64,000 nucleotides of DNA, from positions 2,531,176-2,595,175 of the forward strand of contig NW_003314269.1 of assembly GCF_000143415.4 (NCBI RefSeq), in the 5' to 3' direction. This document shows positions 60,411 to 64,000 of this stretch, in pieces. The stretch's first letter is position 1. Every line of letters starts with the position of its first letter. The position numbers and the translations under genes were made by a program. Below the pieces are notes generated by a model. The model ran no database searches, was not told the origin of the DNA, and saw only the letters and a program-made list of their open reading frames with translations. The stretch comes from Selaginella moellendorffii (lineage: Eukaryota > Plantae > Lycopodiophyta).

Positions 60411-63400
60411 CTTGGACTCCATCTCAGACTCCATCTCAGGTCCATCTCGAATTCTGTTTCGGGTCTATCTCGGACTTCGTTTTGGGTCCATCTTGACACT
60501 TCCACATGTCATGTGTTGGTCTTCTTATGTCCCTTTTCTAGAGACTCACTTATTGCTTGCTTTATGCTCGTTCCTCGAGCACTTTATTGGGAGTTCCACT
60601 CTTGCTTTCAATTTTTCAAATCAAAACTTTTAGTCCAAACGTGTTACTCTTGTTTAGCTTTCGCTTTAGCCACTACCATATGACACCCTTTCAGCTCTAC
60701 TTTTGGGGCTTTAGGATTTGTGTCTCACAATTTGGTTATGCCCCTCAATTTTTATAGTTCAATTTTATCCCTTTACTACTCGCTTTTTGGCCTTACACCT
60801 TCCCTTGCCTTAGTAAGTATTATTAGGGATGAATCTACTCAATAACTTAAGGAGTGGTTCTTAAATCTGGATATGCTCACTGTGTAATCCCATACATTGG
60901 GATTAACGTCATTATGTATGGGCCTCTTTATACCTATTGCTAACCATGCCAAAATCCCTTTTTGGTTTTATCTAATTCAGATAGACAAACTTCTTCCGTC
61001 TCCGCAACTTTGGATGTTAGATAACACATTTTATCCATTATTTGTTAGGGACTTAGTCCCTTGGGCCTTATCTAATTCCTTTATAATTCCAAATACCACT
61101 CATTTATATTTTAGAGTGTTTTGGTATCTCAATGATGACCTTTTTTGACAATGAACATTTTTCTTTATGACATTGACTTACTATATCTCAACATAAGCAA
61201 TTTATCCCCCTGAAAGGTACATTTAACCTCCTTACCTCAATAAAAAGTCTTGGGTAGTTAGCTTTTACCAATCCAATTAATTATTTTGTACATTTTGCTT
61301 AGTTTATTCATAGTTGTCAAAGTCTTACAACTCAGTGCTAGTGCTTCCACACCTCAATCATTATTTGGGTTACCACACTCTAATTGCATGCCTTCCAACT
61401 TAAGATATGCCATTTTCATTTCTATTGGAATTTCTTTGGTAAGGGGTTCTCATAAACCCACTAACTTAATCTCAAGGTAGGCATATTTGGTGTTTCCACA
61501 CCATCAGCTCTACAAGTTTACCCTTATGATACTTCCCACTAGTGTTTAGGTATTTGCCAAGACCAAAGTAGCCATTTGTCATGCCAATTATCAGTTACCA
61601 CTGCACTTTAGTGTTCATATACCTTTACCATAACTTTAGTATGGCACATTCTGTCATCAAAGAGATACCCACTATTCTCATACTTAGATTTTATAATCCT
61701 CCTTGTCCTTTGTAGGATATAACACACCTTAGTCCAAATGCTTTTATTAGTTCTTTAGGACCATTTTTTGATTCCACTCGAATCATCTAGTTTTTTGGAC
61801 TTTGATAATTCAATGACTCATAAGGTTTTATCCTCCTGGCTAATTTTGAGGTGTTAGTTCACTAGAATATATCTTTTTGTATTCATGTCCTACTCACAAG
61901 AACTATCTTTGCAAGTGTTACTCCAAGACTTGATTATTTTTCATTCCTTGTGGGTTATCTTTACCCCTTAGGATTATTCGTCCATATGATGAGAATACCG
62001 ATTCATCTTCTAAGTACAACCTTAACTCTTTGGGTTTATTCCACCATTTATAAAAGGTAACCCCAGCTACCATTTCAAGGACTTATGTCCTCATCCATAT
62101 TTGACCTCCCACAGTTATTAATTATAGTTTTAAATTCATGGGCATCAACCTCAATTATATAAGGAGGTGATATATTTGACCACTAATAAGAGTTGGACTA
62201 AGGAATAACTTCAATACCAAATTGTAAGTGATTAATTTTTTCATTCTACTTTAGTCACTTAACCACAACTTCAACCACTTGGGGGAGTCTTACTCACAAC
62301 CTTAGATTCCAATTTGGACCCTATCTTGGACTTTATTTTGGGTCCATCTTGACACTTCCATGTGTCATGTATTGGTCCTCTTGTGTCCCTTTTTTAAAGA
62401 CTCACTTATTGATCGCTTTGTGCTCGTTCCTCGAGCACTTCATTGGGAGTTTCACTCCCACTCTTGACTTTTCAAATTAAAAATTTTAATCCAAACATGT
62501 TACTGTTATTTGGCTTCTGCTCTAGCCACTACCACGTGGCACCCTTTCAGCTCCACTTTTGGGGCTCTGGGATTTATGTCTCACATAATGAAGCCCTAGA
62601 GAAGTTCCAGACCAAAAAGTCTTTGAGTTGCTCATTACTTCCCAACACTTTACCACAATTTCACATGTATGTGAAAAATGTAACATTGTTACCTCTTGCA
62701 GCAATCAAATTGAGATTCAAAGAGGGCGAGAAGACACTTGGGCCACAAAAGCTAGATTGCATCATTGGTGCACTCCCTCACTAGCCCTACCTATGGTGTT
62801 GCTGATGCACCACAAGCAGAGCAGCCATGGAACTCTAGAATTGCATGGTGTAACACTTATCACCACACCCTCTTCCCTTCCCAGCCATATGTGCATGCCA
62901 CCCATTAGCCACCATAACATTGAGCTAATATTCCTAAAAATGATGGCTATTGACCTTGGCCTAGACTGGGATGGCCTTTTATTTTTGAGAACTATAGCTT
63001 TTGAGGCTGCAGGAGGTTGGTTGTTTTTATATATATACATTATTAAGTTTCACATTAGAGCAACTTGCCATGGTTTTTCTTCAGTTGTGGATCTCAGCTC
63101 ATGCACTAGTTCATTGATGCTGCTTGGGAATGTCAGGAAATCTTCCTAAAGAAAATACCACCAATACAGAAATTGAAATTGCAATCATACAATTTCCCTT
63201 AGCGGAGATTCTTAGAATATTTAAGTACACTCTAGAATAATCCTCAAACTATTATATTAAATCATTTAAATAGATATAAGCTCATTGTGTAACAAATAAC
63301 AAGGTTAATATTATTCTGTATATACTTCATGAACAGCATGTATGTATAGTATTAAATTAAGTAGTATTTTACTTTTTCCTGATATTTTGAAATTGGTTTT

Positions 63401-64000
63401 AATGGTTATAATAAATAATATAGAGAACTGGAAAAATGATATTTTCAAACTATTTTTATTTTTATGGTGTAATAATTTTTTTTAACATTAAACATAAGAA
63501 AGTAAATACAATTTTTATTATATAGTCCTTGCTAGAGAAATAATTATGTAAACTTTAATTATATATACTTTTAAAACTTTTTCTAAAACAAATCCTATAA
63601 CATCTTTTAGATTATTTATATATTATTAAACTTTATTTTTAATAAATAAATAAATATTTACATTTGTTACAAGTTCTACAATTGGAAGCTCACTGTTATT
63701 AATATTATATCTGATAAATTTAATACTCCATTCTAGATTTATAACTATTTTATTTTATTAGAAACAAAAAAAAGTCCAGATGTACAACAATACTATTACT
63801 AACATAGCAGGATTTTGGCAGTTGTTATATTGAATTCAATCCAAACCACTCATTCTTTTATATCAGAAAAGGTTTTAAGCTATTACAAATATGAGTATTC
63901 ATAGTTAATAGAGAAGGAATAGATATATTATTTTTAAATTTATTAAATCTAATTTAATATCCCCATATAAAAGAAATAACTCATTAATTAGAATATAAGT

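Noticed and set aside
60800-63200. Possible intact retrotransposon pol
   Set aside because: No long ORF or clear RT/RNase H/integrase motifs; only degenerate remnants

Overview
Eukaryotic land-plant nuclear DNA. Very short (about 50-70 nt) GT-AG introns, tiny intergenic spacers and PPR genes built from tandem 31-aa motifs point to a lycophyte such as Selaginella (inference). Gene-dense blocks (0.1-18.3 kb and 23-52.3 kb) encode a dirigent protein, a GT106 O-fucosyltransferase-like protein, two PLS-type PPR proteins, a nodulin-like MFS transporter, two F-box/LRR proteins, a low-complexity repeat protein, glyoxalase I, a KDM2/KDM7-type JmjC demethylase, a SYP12-type syntaxin, a 3xHMG-box protein and two tandem saccharopine-dehydrogenase-like oxidoreductases. 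They also carry an intronless E2(UBC)-F-box-like fusion plus its pseudogene, an LHT amino-acid transporter, three novel-domain/bulb-lectin chimeras, a plastid DUF protein, a duplicated small secreted Cys protein/NUDX9 unit, APC15 and a Pol iota-type Y-family polymerase. The 18.4-22.9 kb and 52.4-64 kb regions are AT-rich retroelement debris, including 5S-rRNA-containing Cassandra TRIMs; the first of these regions also holds two 100-N gaps. The most striking observation is a spliced APC15 ORF, missed by the ORF track, that stops only 26 nt before the Pol iota start codon. This is a candidate bicistronic cell-cycle/DNA-damage-tolerance transcript. Splice models were read by eye and family assignments come from recalled motifs, not database searches.
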